64,000 nucleotides of DNA, from positions 75,281,683 through 75,345,682 of the forward strand of contig NC_068991.1 of assembly GCF_001194135.2 (NCBI RefSeq). Direction: 5' to 3'. Both the position numbers and the translations under genes were made by a program. The notes below the pieces were generated by a model that worked only from the letters and a program-made list of their open reading frames with translations, was not told the DNA's origin and made no database searches. Positions 38,339 through 52,774 of this stretch are shown here, in pieces. Within the stretch, counting starts at the first letter, position 1. Each line of letters opens with the position of its first letter. The stretch comes from Octopus bimaculoides (Eukaryota).

Positions 38339-40863
38339 GAAAACCTTCATTCTTTTGGCTAACACATCAAGTGTGGAGAGGGGAGACTTGAGTACATGAG
38401 TAATTGCTACTGTTCTACACAAAAAGTAACCTTGCCCAGGCTGTGGTAAGTAGCTTGCCAACCATGTGATTCTGGATTCAGTCCCACTGTGTGGTGCTTT
38501 GTGCAAGTGTCTTCTACTATAGCCTTGGGCCATCCTATGCCTTGTGAGTGGATTTTGTAGACAGAAACTAAAAGAAACCTGTTGTATATATGTGTGTGTG
38601 TGTGTGTGTGTCTGTGTTTGTCCTCCCAACATCGCTTGACAACCAATGTTGGTATGTTTAGGTCCCCGTAACGTAGTGGTTCAGCAAAAGAAACCAATAG
38701 AATAAGTACGAGGCTTACAAAGAATAAGTCTTGGGGTTGATTTGTTGATTTGTAAAGGTGCTGCTTCAGCATATATATATATATATANNNNNNNNNNNNN
38801 NNNNNNNNNNNNNNNNNNNNNNNNNNNNNNNNNNNNNNNNNNNNNNNNNNNNNNNNNNNNNNNNNNNNNNNNNNNNNNNNNNNNNNNNNNNNNNNNNNNN
38901 NNNNNNNNNNNNNNNNNNNNNNNNNNNNNNNNNNNNNNNNNNNNNNNNNNNNNNNNNNNNNNNNNNNNNNNNNNNNNNNNNNNNNNNNNNNNNNNNNNNN
39001 NNNNNNNNNNNNNNNNNNNNNNNNNNNNNNNNNNNNNNNNNNNNNNNNNNNNNNNNNNNNNNNNNNNNNNNNNNNNNNNNNNNNNNNNNNNNNNNNNNNN
39101 NNNNNNNNNNNNNNNNNNNNNNNNNNNNNNNNNNNNNNNNNNNNNNNNNNNNNNNNNNNNNNNNNNNNNNNNNNNNNNNNNNNNNNNNNNNNNNNNNNNN
39201 NNNNNNNNNNNNNNNNNNNNNNNNNNNNNNNNNNNNNNNNNNNNNNNNNNNNNNNNNNNNNNNNNNNNNNNNNNNNNNNNNNNNNNNNNNNNNNNNNNNN
39301 NNNNNNNNNNNNNNNNNNNNNNNNNNNNNNNNNNNNNNNNNNNNNNNNNNNNNNNNNNNNNNNNNNNNNNNNNNNNNNNNNNNNTTCCTAACGCCAACCA
39401 CTCAGAGAGTGTAGTGGGTGATTTTACGTGTCACCCACACGAAGGCCAATCAGGCGGTACTGGCAACGGCCATGCTCAAAATTGGTGTATTTTGTGTGCC
39501 ACCCGCACAAGAGCCAGTCCAGGGGCACTGGCAACGATCTCGCTCGAAAATCCTTACACATGTCACGGGCACAAGTGCCAGAAAGGCGGCGCTGGGCACA
39601 AGTGCCAGAAAGGCGGCGCTGGGCACAAGTGCCATCCCAATTTCGCTTTCGCTTGCCCCAATAAGTCTTCGCAAGCTGAGTTTCGTGTCCAATGAAATAG
39701 ACGATGTTGGCATGGGTGCCAGTCGTCGAATTTAGTTCGATTTCAATTTCACTTGCCTCAAAAAGTCTTCGCAAGCGGAGTTTAGTGTCCAATACTAATA
39801 TATATATATATATATATATGTATGTTTGTGTGTGTATGTATGTATGTATGTGTATGTATGTATGTGATAAGTTTTTTTCCAGTTTCTGTCTACTAGATTC
39901 ACTCACCAGGCTTTGGTTGACCAAGACTATAATAGAAGAAGTTTGCTGAGGTGCCATCCTGTAGGATTGAACCAGAAACTAAACGTTCGCAGAGTAAACC
40001 TCTGAACCATGCTGCATACCTGCCCCCATTACTCTATACTATAAAACATGACCCCCAGATACTAAACTAACTTAATATGTCTTTGTTGTCCTTCTCGGAT
40101 AAAACTGCTTTGACAACTCCCTATAAGCAATAGGAGAAGAATCTAATTAGAATATAAAATAATTTTGTAAAATGTCATAACAATAAAGATTAATGAAATT
40201 ACAAAATTTATTGTTGTATAAGAAATAAATTTTTTTGTGTATATACATCATAATAAGAATAACTTATTTTTTTGATTTTTTTCAGTAATACATAAATCTA
40301 TATTAATTCTTTCACAAAAATAATGTCCAGTATTTTATATCAACCTTCATAGAGTTTTTTTTATTTTGTACAAAATGAAGAGAGAATGGTTGAGTAGCAT
40401 AATTTTACATTTGTTTAGCAGCAAAACTGTGATTTCAGCTTTGGTATTTCTTAATTTTTAGTTATTTATTTTATTATATTTTTTTTTTCTTTTTCTAGGG
40501 TCATTTATTTGTTTCTTATCATTTTTACACTCCAACAGTTTTGTATATCTCAAATTCAATCCTGAGAATAAATTTAATGAATACTTTTTAAGTTTTAGGC
40601 ATGAACTATTTACAAGGTTAGGCTCCAGCAATACTCGTCTCTGTCTCCAAAAACAGTGGTACGCTTTGAAGATAACTTTTGTCATTTTGTAAAAGAAATT
40701 GATTATTGAGCTCAAATTGAAAGTCTGGTAGCCATGTCTACCAGGGTCAATTTCCTTAGTAAAGCCATTTAAAAAGACACGGTTCAAAGTTTAAATTTTT
40801 GATATCAAAGGAGCACATGTCTAATTATAAATTTAGTTTTATAGAGCAAAGCTTAATCTGAAG

Positions 40864-40940
<77 letters not shown>

Positions 40941-41614
40941 AATACATTTTAAGTATAACAGGAGTCTTTTTTTTTAGCACCATCCCAGCCTCTGCTTTAT
41001 TAAAACAGTCTAAGTATTGGAGCTACTTAAACATCATGTCTACTGTTTCAAGTCATCCATATGAAGAACGATCTTCTTTTGAATATTCATTAGGCTTCCC
41101 TGCATAATAAAATTCCTCATTTATTTGGGGTTTTTTTCTCTCTTCTCTTTTTGTTGTCTTTTACCTCCACAACAAAATCTTCCTGCTAAATGTGGCTTTT
41201 ATTTATTCACTTATTTTCCTTCCTTCCTTTCATTAGATTAGAGTTTCATAGTCACTGTGCCAGGTAAAGATATACCGTTTCAATCTGATTATGCACATGG
41301 CACTTAATTTCGCTTATTTGATTGTTTCTGATTCTCAAATTTGCTAAAGAAATCAGAACTTTTGAATTAGGAGTCGCATAATGAAAGGATACTTGATGTG
41401 GAACTGAACTTCAATGGTAATTGCAAGAGGTTTTTTTTTTCTTTCCATATATATATTTTTTGCCATTGTGTTCCAAAATCAGCTGAAAGAAGGTGGAGCT
41501 GAGGTCAGATTCCTATTTATCTGCCCACCTGCTTTTTTTGTGTTAGAAGTAAAGCCTGTATTGAAGATGTCTCTTATTTGATAATGTCGATCCAAGATCT
41601 TGTTTCAATATATC

Positions 41615-41707
41615 TTTCATGTGTAGGTGTGTATGTACATACATGCATACATATATATATGTATGTGTGTGTGTGTGTATAGACACGCACAAGCATATAT
41701 ATATATG

Positions 41708-41747
<40 letters not shown>

Positions 41748-41795
41748 CATACATGCATGCATACATACATATATATACATATGCATGCATGCATG

Positions 41796-41861
<66 letters not shown>

Positions 41862-41927
41862 TATGCATGCATACATACATACATACATACATACATACAT
41901 GCATACATACATACATACGTACGTACA

Positions 41928-41960
<33 letters not shown>

Positions 41961-41962
41961 TA
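41615..41962. repeat. Compound (TA)n/(TACA)n/(TG)n microsatellite. Representative of many others, e.g. 9680-10130, 13720-14010, 25484-25760, 27395-27510 (AAT/ATT), 40867-40930 (GT), 50310-50530
   Basis: Directly visible simple repeats; the source of most YI/CV/HT ORFs in the track. Confidence 0.97.
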
Positions 41963-42936
41963 TAAAATAAGACTTTTTCTTTCTTTTTCCTTTGCATAAT
42001 CTTTCTTACATATTTATGAAATTAACAGTTGTATGTAAGAAATAAATTACACGCTGTAATGTAATAGTATTAGCTAAATTCATCAGAATTGGAATTATGC
42101 ATGTTACATTAACTTTGAAATTCCATTATAGATTTCTTAGAGTTAAAAGCTCAACCAACAGTTGTATAATATTTCTCAGATCAACTTGGTGCTATATAAC
42201 TGTATATATGTGTATGTATATGTATGTATATGTATAAATATGTATATATTATGTATAATTGCATATATATATATATNNNNNNNNNNTATATATACACATA
42301 CATATGTGTGTGTGTGTGTGGTTTCTTATGAATAATTTTACGTAATACAAGAAAATTAATGCAGAGTAACAGACTGCCTCATGCAAATAAAATCCTCATT
42401 CTGTTGAACCATATAGTATCAGAATCTTTGGTACAACTGTTAGTAATTCCCTGCCGTCAGTTGTAAGCTGTGATAATAAGGTCTATAGTTAGCATACAAC
42501 ATTGAGATTAATATACATATTAAGTGTGTTTAGAAACAAGGAATACAAATGAGGTTAAAGCAGTCTTATGGTAATATACTAAACAAGAAATTTATTTTAT
42601 GTTGCTTTGTTCTTGTTAGGAATAATTATGTATACTTAAATAATTAGTTCGTTATAATGAAAGAAAAGAGAATTGAAGCTGTAACATGGGAATACAAAGG
42701 TAGAATAGAATTATGGTAATTTGAGGAAACAGTTAAATATTTTGGTAAATATGAAACTGTATTTACTCAGAAAGTTAACCTTTTTGTTAATATATTTCTG
42801 TTGGAATACTCTACTTCTGATTTTACTAATTTCTTGATATAATTATAAGTGTAGTTTTTTTTTTATATATTTGCATATATCATCATCATCATCATCATCA
42901 TCATTGTCGTTTTACGTCCGCTTTCCATACTAGCAT

Positions 42937-42973
<37 letters not shown>

Positions 42974-43435
42974 NNNNNNNNNNNNNNNNNNNNNNNNNNN
43001 NNNNNNNNNNNNNNNNNNNNNNNNNNNNNNNNNNNNNNNNNNNNNNNNNNNNNNNNNNNNNNNNNNNNNNNNNNNNNNNNNNNNNNNNNNNNNNNNNNNN
43101 NNNNNNNNNNNNNNNNNNNNNNNNNNNNNNNNNNNNNNNNNNNNTTTTTGTTAATATATTTCTGTTGGAATACTCTACTTCTGATTTTACTAATTTCTTG
43201 ATATAATTATAAGTGTAGTTTTTTTTTTATATATTTGCATATATCATCATCATCATCATCATCATCGTTTAGCGTCCGCTTTCCATGCTAGCATGGGTTG
43301 GATGATTTGACTGAGGACTGGTGAAACCGGATGGCAACACCAGGCTCCAGTCTAATTTGGCAGAGTTTCTACAGCTGGATGCCCTTCCTAACGCCAACCA
43401 CTCAGAGAGTGTAGTGGGTGCTTTATATATATATG

Positions 43436-43466
<31 letters not shown>

Positions 43467-44221
43467 GTGTGTGTATGTGTGTGCATGTACAAGGGAAGTA
43501 TGTGAATGTTTGTATGTGTGATTATTTTGTACCTTATTTATATATAAATTACTACAATTAGCTGTTATTGAAAGCACGTGGTCAGCTAGTTTTGAAAATA
43601 ATAAAGAATTTGATAAAATTGCTGTTATTAACTCTTTTGATGTAGAAATTAGATATATCCATTTCTGCTTTAGGCTCAACGCCTGAAATTTTGGGGGAGG
43701 GGGTCAGTCGATTAGATCGACACCAGTACATAACTAATACTTAATTTATCAACCCCGAAAGGATGAAAGGCAAAGTCAACCTTGGCTGAATTTGAACTCA
43801 GAGCATAAAGACACAAAATACCACTAAGCATTTCACCCAGTGTGCTAACGATCCTGCTAACGATCCTGCTAACGATCCTGCTAACGATCCAGCCAGCTTG
43901 CTGCCTTAGAAATCAGATATATTACTCCAAATTTCATTACCTGCTGAAGGCAGTTTTTTATACCAAAAAATGTCATAAAATGATATGTTTGAAATTAACT
44001 TTTTGTTAAGATGTGTCAAGTTTATTGAAGTAACATCACTTGCAGAAAATACCAATTCTTTTTTCTGGTAGGTATTTAGCATTACTGTAGAGTTCGACAA
44101 AAGCGTTTGATAGAATAATTACTAGGCTTACAAAGCATAAGTCCTGGGGCTGGTTCGCTCGACTAAAGGTGGTGCTCTAGCATGGCCACAGTCAAATGAC
44201 TGAAATAAGTAAAAGAATAAA

Positions 44222-44281
<60 letters not shown>

Positions 44282-45912
44282 ACAGGTTTCTTTCTGTTTC
44301 TGTCTACCAGACCCACTCATAAGGCTTTGGTCGGCCCATGGCTATAGCAGAAGACACTCGCCCAAGGTTCCACACAGTAGGGCTGAACTTAAAAACCATA
44401 TAGTTGAGAAGCAAGCTTCTTACCACACAGCCATGCCTGCGTCTATATTTCATATTAATATTAAGGCAGTGAGCTGGCTGAAACGTCAGCATGCCAGACA
44501 AAATGCTTAGCGGTATTTCGTGTCTTTACATTCTGAGTTCAAATTCCACTGACCCCACCAACTTTGCTTTTCATTCTTTCAGGGTCGATAAATTAAGTAC
44601 CAGTTGCATACTAGGGTCGATCTAATAAACTGCCCTCCCCCCTCTCCCAAAATTTCAGGCCTTGTGCTTTGAGCAGAAAAGTATATTTCATACTGATATT
44701 GGCAATATTACCTCTTTGTTTGAATTTGAACTTCTTTTCTCCAGGTTGTGATGAAATTTTTAAACTTTCAGTTAAGTTTTTCTCAAGAGTTGTCAAAAGA
44801 AAAAAAATTTGAAGATTCCTCTGAAGAAGGCCCCTATCTTGTTATTTCCATTGGCATTTTTAATCTTCTCAAATAAATAAATCACTTTTTGCATTTTGCA
44901 CAAACCTTCGATAACCATTTTACATGTAACCGTTATAGAAACAATAAACTACTGCAAATTTCTCAAGTGCCATTCTAGAAATAAAGGATTATGGAAAAAA
45001 AAAAATTCCATTTATGTTTGATGTTTTAAATGATACTTCTGTAAACGTTTGCTTTTGGAAATATTCGGTTTGTCTTTATTTTTGCTTTGTAGAAGACATA
45101 AGTTCTAATAATTGTAGCTGTACTCTAATAGTAGAAATGCTTTTGAGATTTAGAAAAATTTATTCATACTTAAAGGAATCCATTTGATATTCTGTATTAT
45201 AAGGTTCTTTATGTTCTTTGAGAAGAATCTTCTTGTTCTGTATTTTTTTTTTTTTTTATAAATGATAAACATTAAAACTCAAAGCAAAAACTAACGAGAT
45301 ATTTGTAATTTGTAGTTACTTCTTACAAATATATCTCATAGATACAAGCATGGCTGTGCAGCCGAGAAGCTTCCTTCACAACTATGTGGTCTTGTGTTCA
45401 ATCCTTCTGCATGGCACCTAGAGCAAGAGTTTTCAATTATAGCCCTAGGCTTGCCAAGGTCTTGTGAGTAAGTTTTGTGTACAGAATCTGAAAGAAACCC
45501 ATCATGTGTGTGTATATGTGATGGGCTTGTCCCATCATTTGATGACGCATGATGGTTCGACAATTTGTTGCCAAACAACCACACAGGTGATTTGTCTATA
45601 GTGATCAAATGTTTGTGTAGACATAAGCTCACTCCCTCCATCAAATTGACATTACAGGTACAACTGGGTGCCACATGTCAGATGATGAAATGATTGCAGA
45701 GCAACGTGATATGAAGTGCTTTGCTCAAGAACACAATGCAATGCCCGGTCTGGGAATCGAACCCACAATCTTGCAATTGTGAGTGCAACACCCTAACCAC
45801 TAAGCCATGCACCTTCACACACACACACACACACACACACGCATGCACGCACGCATGTGTGTGTGTGTGTGTGTGTGATAATGATAATAATAATAATATT
45901 AATAATAATAAT

Positions 45913-46088
45913 AACATCGAAAAATACCTTAGGAATGAGAACCCAGGTTTGAAATTTCCCCAAGACACCTGATGAAGGCTAGAGGGTATAGCAGCCAAAA
46001 CGTTGTGTTAACAACAAACAAGATGAGGACAAATATCCGTCAGATGTAAATAATGTACATAATTCCTCATCTCTTAAATATAGAACTG
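45913..46088 (+). mobile_element. Short copy of the Penelope terminal repeat
   Basis: Same sequence as 4882-5020, extending to catctcttaaatatagaactg. The hammerhead GAAA box reads AAAA. Confidence 0.85.
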
Positions 46089-46103
46089 TCTCATATATTT
46101 GTG

Positions 46104-46148
<45 letters not shown>

Positions 46149-46779
46149 TATACAGTAATTTTAAATCTATTTTCCAATCCGGATATTAAGTTATGATCTA
46201 GCATCACAGAAATAGAAACTAATATTTATCACTCCTAAACTTGGAGGAATTTTGATGTAGCAGCATTTTTAACTACCAATTTATTTCATCTCCCGTTAAA
46301 GGGTTTTTTTTTTTTTTCCAATATTTTTTTTTAGCTCTGTATAAATCATTTAAACACTTTTATATTTACAAAAATACATTACTCACAGCCATTTCCATTT
46401 CACCTCAAAACTTCCTTTTTATGTTTTACATGTGATATATTATTTCTAATCTTGTCAGAAGTAAATCTGAATATAGTTTTCTTGTTTATTGTTAACAGCT
46501 TGCAAGGTATTTTTTTCCCCTTTAAGATAACATGTGTTGGTTTGAAAATTGCATGTTTGATATACCATGATGCTTATTCTGTGATGGTTGATAATTGCAA
46601 AAAACATTTATGTAATATACATTTAGTATGTGTCCTTTTGGGGTTTATTTATTTTTTTTTTTTGCTCCATTTGTTGAGTTTAGTGGAAGAGGTAGTGCCT
46701 ATAGCCACTGCAGGCCCCCTGAGACTGTTAAATTTAATGCTATTAATATTTAGTTTAAATTGTCATAAGCTAACAGCTG

Positions 46780-47300
46780 CAGGAAAGGCAATATGTTTTA
46801 AAGGGCATCTCAACAGATATTCCATGGTTCATGGGTCTGTTGTGCCACAATCCCACAGGATATTGTTTGAGGATATGTTTCCTCATTTGATGTATATCAT
46901 CTGCTCTGCAAACTTTGGTTCTCAGTTGATGAAGTCATTTCCATCTTTTAATCTCACTTGTAACCATACCAACTGGCAGATGTTCCTTAGTCACATATCC
47001 ATTGTTCTTGTTGATGGTAAAATATTTATTCTTTCTTTTACAAGGTCATTCTTACCTCACTTGACCATTATTGATTGTGACAGTTGGCATATTTCATTTG
47101 AAATCTTGTCATATTCAATAAACAAACACTGAAAATTTTCATTATGTACGTTATTTAAATTTGACGGATATTTGTCCTCATCTTGTTTGTTGTTAACACA
47201 ATGTTTCGGCTGATATACCCTCCAGCTTTCATCAGGTGTCTTGGGGAAATTTCGAACCTGGGTTCTCATTCCTAAGGTATTTTTCAATTTATTATTATTA

Positions 47301-47336
<36 letters not shown>

Positions 47337-48100
47337 TCACTGCTTGGAATCGAACTTGGTATCTTGGGTTAGTAGCCCACGCTCTTAATCAATGTGCCAT
47401 ATGCCCATGGGCTGGAGGGTATATCAGCCGAAACGTTGTGTTAACAACAAAACAAGATGAGGACAAATATCTATCAAATATAAATAATGTAAATAATGTA
47501 CATGATTCCTCATCTCTTGAATATAGAACTGTACTGACAATTTTATTTTAATATTATGCAGCCTAACTATAGCATAATTATTTTTATCTTATACTCTACA
47601 GTCTAATTACATTCCAGTTCTTCCAGTTACTTCCTGAAACACAATACAGGCAAATTCTTGGACCCAGTCTTCAGATATTTGATTGTTCTAATAATAATGT
47701 TAATTAAGCTATCATTCATTATACTAATAACAAATTTGCCGCAACAGATAAAACATGGTTTAAATAAAAGCAAATATTTCTGGTCTGTTTGCAGCATTTT
47801 CATAGCGCTGATAGATTTTAAAGAGTTATTAATTGACAAATCATTATCCTAAAGTCCTGCGTATAAGCTTCACTAAGCTGTGTTATCATTTGCCATGTTT
47901 TATCAGCCAGAGAGAATGATGTGCGAGGAACATAGAAATTGTTGTTGCCTATTCTTTATAGATGTTACGCATCTGTGAAGAATCTGCTGCCAAAATTTCA
48001 CATCAGTGTCGGTCTTTGAAACTATGTATTTCTGACAGGTATTTAAAATCAATTTATCCTGCTTGATTGCAAAGGATAGAGATGCCTCCAATGTGTTTGA
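46780..48100 (-). mobile_element. Old, heavily decayed non-LTR retrotransposon 3' region, interrupted by the Penelope repeat pair at 47141-47531
   Basis: Minus strand RWK*LHQLRTKVCRA... and NILWDCGTTDP*TMEYLLRCPL resemble the W..LNRLRTG.GR...C.CG...TM.HLL.CP C-terminal motif of several LINE clades. Weaker KYL...CFRK*LEEL similarity near 47620-47680. Confidence 0.5.
47141..47531. mobile_element. Inverted pair of Penelope terminal repeats (minus copy with tRNA-like head about 47141-47410, truncated plus copy 47411-47531)
   Basis: The minus copy includes ggcatatggcacattgattaagagcgtgggctactaacccaagataccaagttcgattcc (tRNA-like). The plus copy starts abruptly at gctggagggtatatcagcc. Confidence 0.85.
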
Positions 48101-48808
48101 TATGGGCTCTTTCATGCTATTTGTCTCTGACAGCGAAATATCAACATAACATCAAGCATCTCAATATAAACTGATAGAGGCTGATGTTGCTGAGATTTAC
48201 GCTGCTGTCAAAGTTTCAGCAGCTGACAAGCTAATGAATCAAGATTGCTGGAAATAGCAGACAAAATCCCTCAAATCGCACTCTTATCATCTTCAAAAGA
48301 AGGAAGGACATTAGATAATGTCCAACATACCCATAAAAAAAAAACAGGACTCTCAGAAGTGGAGTGCTTCTGATCATTAGCTTGCTTAGCTGGGGGTTAA
48401 ACATTAATGATTGAATTTCAAATCTAAGAACTTTATCTTAAACTTTTTACTTAAAACAAAACTAAATTTCTAAGATGAAATCCTGCCAAAGTTAATTTTA
48501 CTTTCCATTTCTCTGGGTTCTAATAGGATAAAAGTAGATGTCAAGGACTGTGTTGATTTTATTGAGTAACCCCTCCCTCAAATTTCAGGCCTGTAAAGAA
48601 CAAATGTTGTTGTTGCTGCTGCCGCTGCCGCCGCCACTGTTGATAGTGCTGTTGTTGTTCAAATGCTACGTAGGCTGACATTGCCTTTCATCCTTTCAAG
48701 ATTGATGAAATAAGTACCAGTTTCGCACTGGAGTCAATGTAATCGACTACACACCCTCCCCCAAAATTTCAGGCCTTGTGCCTATAGTAGAAAGGTTTAC
48801 TATTATTA

Positions 48809-48848
<40 letters not shown>

Positions 48849-50415
48849 ATGACAGAACATGGACATTAAATGATGTTTATTATCATTATTTGGGCAAAGG
48901 GGTAGCAATGAGCTGGCAGAATTGTTAAACATGCAGAGCAAAATGCTTCATGGCATTTTGTCTTTACATTCTGAGTTCAAATTCCACTGTGGTCAATTTT
49001 CGGGCTAGATAAAATAAATACCAGTTGAACACTGGGGACAATCTAATCGACTGGTCATATATCGATGTTCATGGCTTTCATTAATGTCTTCTCTGAAATT
49101 GCTGGCCATGTGGTCAAATTAGAAGCATTACAAGCATCATCAGCATTATTATTATTATCACCATCACCATCATCATCATCATCATCATTATTATTCAGTT
49201 GGTTGAAGTAGAGCAGTATTCATAGCCTTTGCAAGCTTCCCTGTTTTCTTCATATTTACTTGTACAATTCATTGTAATTTTCTCTCTACCCTGCATTTTA
49301 CATCATCATCATCATCAGCTGCAGCATCATGATTTAACATCTGCTGTCCATGCTGGCATTGGTTGGACGGTTTGACCAAGGTTGGCAAGCTTGAAGGCCA
49401 CACCAGGCTCCAGTCTCATTTGATAAGGTTTCTATTGCTGGATGCCCTTCCTAACACCAACCATCCCGAGAATGTAATGGGTGCTTTTACATGCCACTGG
49501 CACAGGTGCCATTTGCACGACACCAGTATCTTCCACGACTGTGATTTTGCTTGGCTTCATGGGTCTTCTCGAGCACAACATAATACCAAAGGTCTCGGTC
49601 ATTCATCATTGCCTCCATGGGGCCCAACACTCAAAGGGGGCTTTTCACATGCCAGTGGCATCAGCCACTTTGCTGTTAGAATAATCTTTCCCTTCCTAGT
49701 CACATGGTTTCAGGTTTAGTCCCTGGACAGAAACTCCTGTAATTCACTCATTGTCATTCTGGTTATCCTTGAGAATTATATTAAGGGTACAACATGCCTG
49801 TGGAATGAATGCTCAAACCCTTACATGTTAATTAAGGAGCAGTTAACTCTATTGATTGTGTTACTGAATCCTCATTGTCAAGCAACAAAGATCTACCGGC
49901 ATCACCATTAACACAACCAGATTATTTATCATTTATTTGATCAGCTATCTAAATGTGACTAAACATTAATTAAATAAACAACTGACATGTTATGACTAAT
50001 TGGCATTTTATTTCATTGCTATTTTGAATAATGACTTTCTTCTATCAATGTACAATTTTCTGAAACTGTCACCACAACCATTAAGTTTCTGTGGTAATTA
50101 GACTTATGGATGTTGTTTCAATTGAAATAAATAGCTGACTTGTAAATATGTCCGATCATTTCAAATATCGAATCATTTGAGGGGTTTTTTTTCTCTTACA
50201 TTTATGAGTCTGTTTATTAAGACTGTCGTTAACAAATATCAACCACTAATTCATTTAATCAAAATATTTTTATAATAAGAATGATAATAATAATATTAAT
50301 AATTATTTAAATATATATACAAGCACACACACACACACACACACACACATGTATGCATATATATGTATACACATATATGTATGTATATAAACACATATAT
50401 ATATATAAGTATATG

Positions 50416-50446
<31 letters not shown>

Positions 50447-50463
50447 GTATATGTGTATATATG

Positions 50464-50509
<46 letters not shown>

Positions 50510-50699
50510 CGTGTGTGTGTGTGTGTGAAAGTTGTCTTAGACGATCATTTAACTTTAGAAATTCTGTGCAATTATTTTCCATTTCTAATTTTATCGTCAT
50601 CATCATTATCATCATCATAGACAAAAGTTGATAATCTTTTTCTTGCTTCTGTATTTTACCTGCAAGCAGATTCTTAACTTTAATTTCTTAGAGATTTCA

Positions 50700-50743
<44 letters not shown>

Positions 50744-50915
50744 GGATACTAACAAGACATTTAATGTAACCGAAGTTATTCTACAACAATTGGTAACAAA
50801 TCAATGAATAAGATTGCATTACTCTTCTTTTTTAGAAGAAAAACAAAGAAATTCTATGAAGAAAATGTGTCAGATTACTTTCTTCAGACAGTAAATATAT
50901 GTACCTGTGTATAGG

Positions 50916-50961
<46 letters not shown>

Positions 50962-51010
50962 TATACCCATATATATANNNNNNNNNNNNNNNNNNNNNTA
51001 TATGGGTATA

Positions 51011-51059
<49 letters not shown>

Positions 51060-51639
51060 GTATATGTGTGTGTGTGTGTGTGTGCGCGTGTGTGCATGTA
51101 ATTGGATAGATATTAATTTTTGTTGAAGCTGGAGACTGTTACTCCAAGTTTAGAAGCATGGAGCTTGGAGTAATGACTTGTGAAGTTTTTCAACTTCAGT
51201 AAAATAAATTTCTTTTTTGACTCTGCCTTTCATATCAAGTACCATGTTGTCCAACTTGTTTTTACACTTGCAGCTTTGCACACACATACATATGTTATAA
51301 AATAAATCTGAAGTTGTTCATCTAAAGTTTGCTAGGGAAATGTAAACATATGTACATACATCTTGTTATTATTTTCACAAAGAGAAGAGTAAGATGTTTC
51401 ATGGCTGAGTGTCCACTCTTCAGATGACAAGCACTTTTCATCCTTCTGCCTACAAACTAACCTTCACAGCACTAAGGTTACTTGAAATGGTTAGACTAAT
51501 TTACATTTTCTCATTTTAGTGTCAAGACTATTTATTTTAAGGTTCATATTTCAATGTAACCTTGAAGTTTGCACAGTGTTCCTGTGTACGTGTTAAGTCA
51601 CTAATAATCACAACAGCACCAATAGTAATAATAATTAAT

Positions 51640-51980
51640 TCTTTTATTGGCCACAACGGCTAACATAAAAGCAACATGTAATGATAAAAGAGGACGATGC
51701 AAAGGGTTTTAGAATGTGTAAATAAAATAAAGAACAAACAAATAAAACTCTCAATAAGGGGAGGCGCTTTAAGGCTACTCATGGAAAAACCCACAAAAAC
51801 CACGGGTGCCTGACTAACAAGGCAAGAGCCCTTCTCTTTTTTTATAGGTGTACACACAGAATCGGTTCTTTCACACCATTTTCCCAACATTCACCCACCT
51901 TTCAACAAATTTGTTAGAAGGCAACACTTCTCTCTCCACTTTCACTTTCCTTTTCAAGAGAAACTTGAAAAAGTTGATGA
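51640..51980 (-). mobile_element. Probable Tx1/L1-like LINE 3' end
   Basis: INFFKFLLKRKVKVEREVLPSNKFVERWVNVGKMV* resembles the F...W ending of Tx1/L1 ORF2. It is followed by a short UTR that ends at a microsatellite. Confidence 0.45.
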
Positions 51981-51994
51981 CCTGAATAATAATG

Positions 51995-52042
<48 letters not shown>

Positions 52043-52201
52043 GCATTGAAAAATACCTTAGGAATGAGAACCCAGGTGAACTTGATGAATGCTGGAGGGT
52101 ATATCAGCCGAAATGTTGTGTTAACAACAAACAAGATGAGGACAAATATCCGTCAAATGTAAATAATGTAAATAATTCCTCATCTCTTAAATATAGAACT
52201 G
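52043..52201 (+). mobile_element. Short copy of the Penelope terminal repeat with an internal deletion
   Basis: gaaaaataccttaggaatgagaacccagg...gctggagggtatatcagccgaaatgttg...ctcttaaatatagaactg, following (AAT)n. Confidence 0.8.
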
Positions 52202-52774
52202 TTATTGTTTTTGTTGAATAAAATTTGTTGGAAAAAAACCCACAATAATCGTGCACCAACCCAATATTTCTTCGTATATCTCTGTTTTGAAGTCCTGTTA
52301 GAAATATTTCTAATTTTTACACACCAAAGGAAGTTAATCAAATTTAATGATTAAAAACTGATAAAATATTACTGTATTCTAAATAAATAAAGACAGGCAT
52401 TTCTAATTGTTGTGTTATATTTTTCTCATGCCTATCTTCAAAACACTGCCACAGAAATTACATTAGATTTATAGACATTTTCCTCTTTGATGTAATTCTC
52501 AATGAGGTTGTTTTTTTACTTATTACAGTCAAGTTTGAGTTTTCTTGTAATCCTACTTTACTCCCTTGTGTCGTTTACACTTCAAAGGACTTCATAAAAT
52601 ATGCATGAAACAGTCCACAAACAGCTCAGACTAAAATCTATTTACTTTTGTTTTAAATTGATGTTGGACTGCTCAGCTGGAGGACTATAGGTTCAAATTT
52701 GCTGGACTGCTTGACTATAAGTTCAAATCTTAGCTACAATCTTTTTTCTTTTCTTTTTTTTTTTGATCATCATA

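Noticed and set aside
40955-41107. Frame FFSTIPASALLKQSKYW resembling MON2 LFSTIGAHGTLLQHSTW
   Set aside because: Needs a gap, lacks the flanking VRKSAGQT and VLF conservation, and has no donor before the stop.
46452-47132. 226-aa hydrophobic + strand ORF
   Set aside because: It is largely the antisense of a decayed LINE 3' region plus T-rich intron sequence; no membrane-protein motif.
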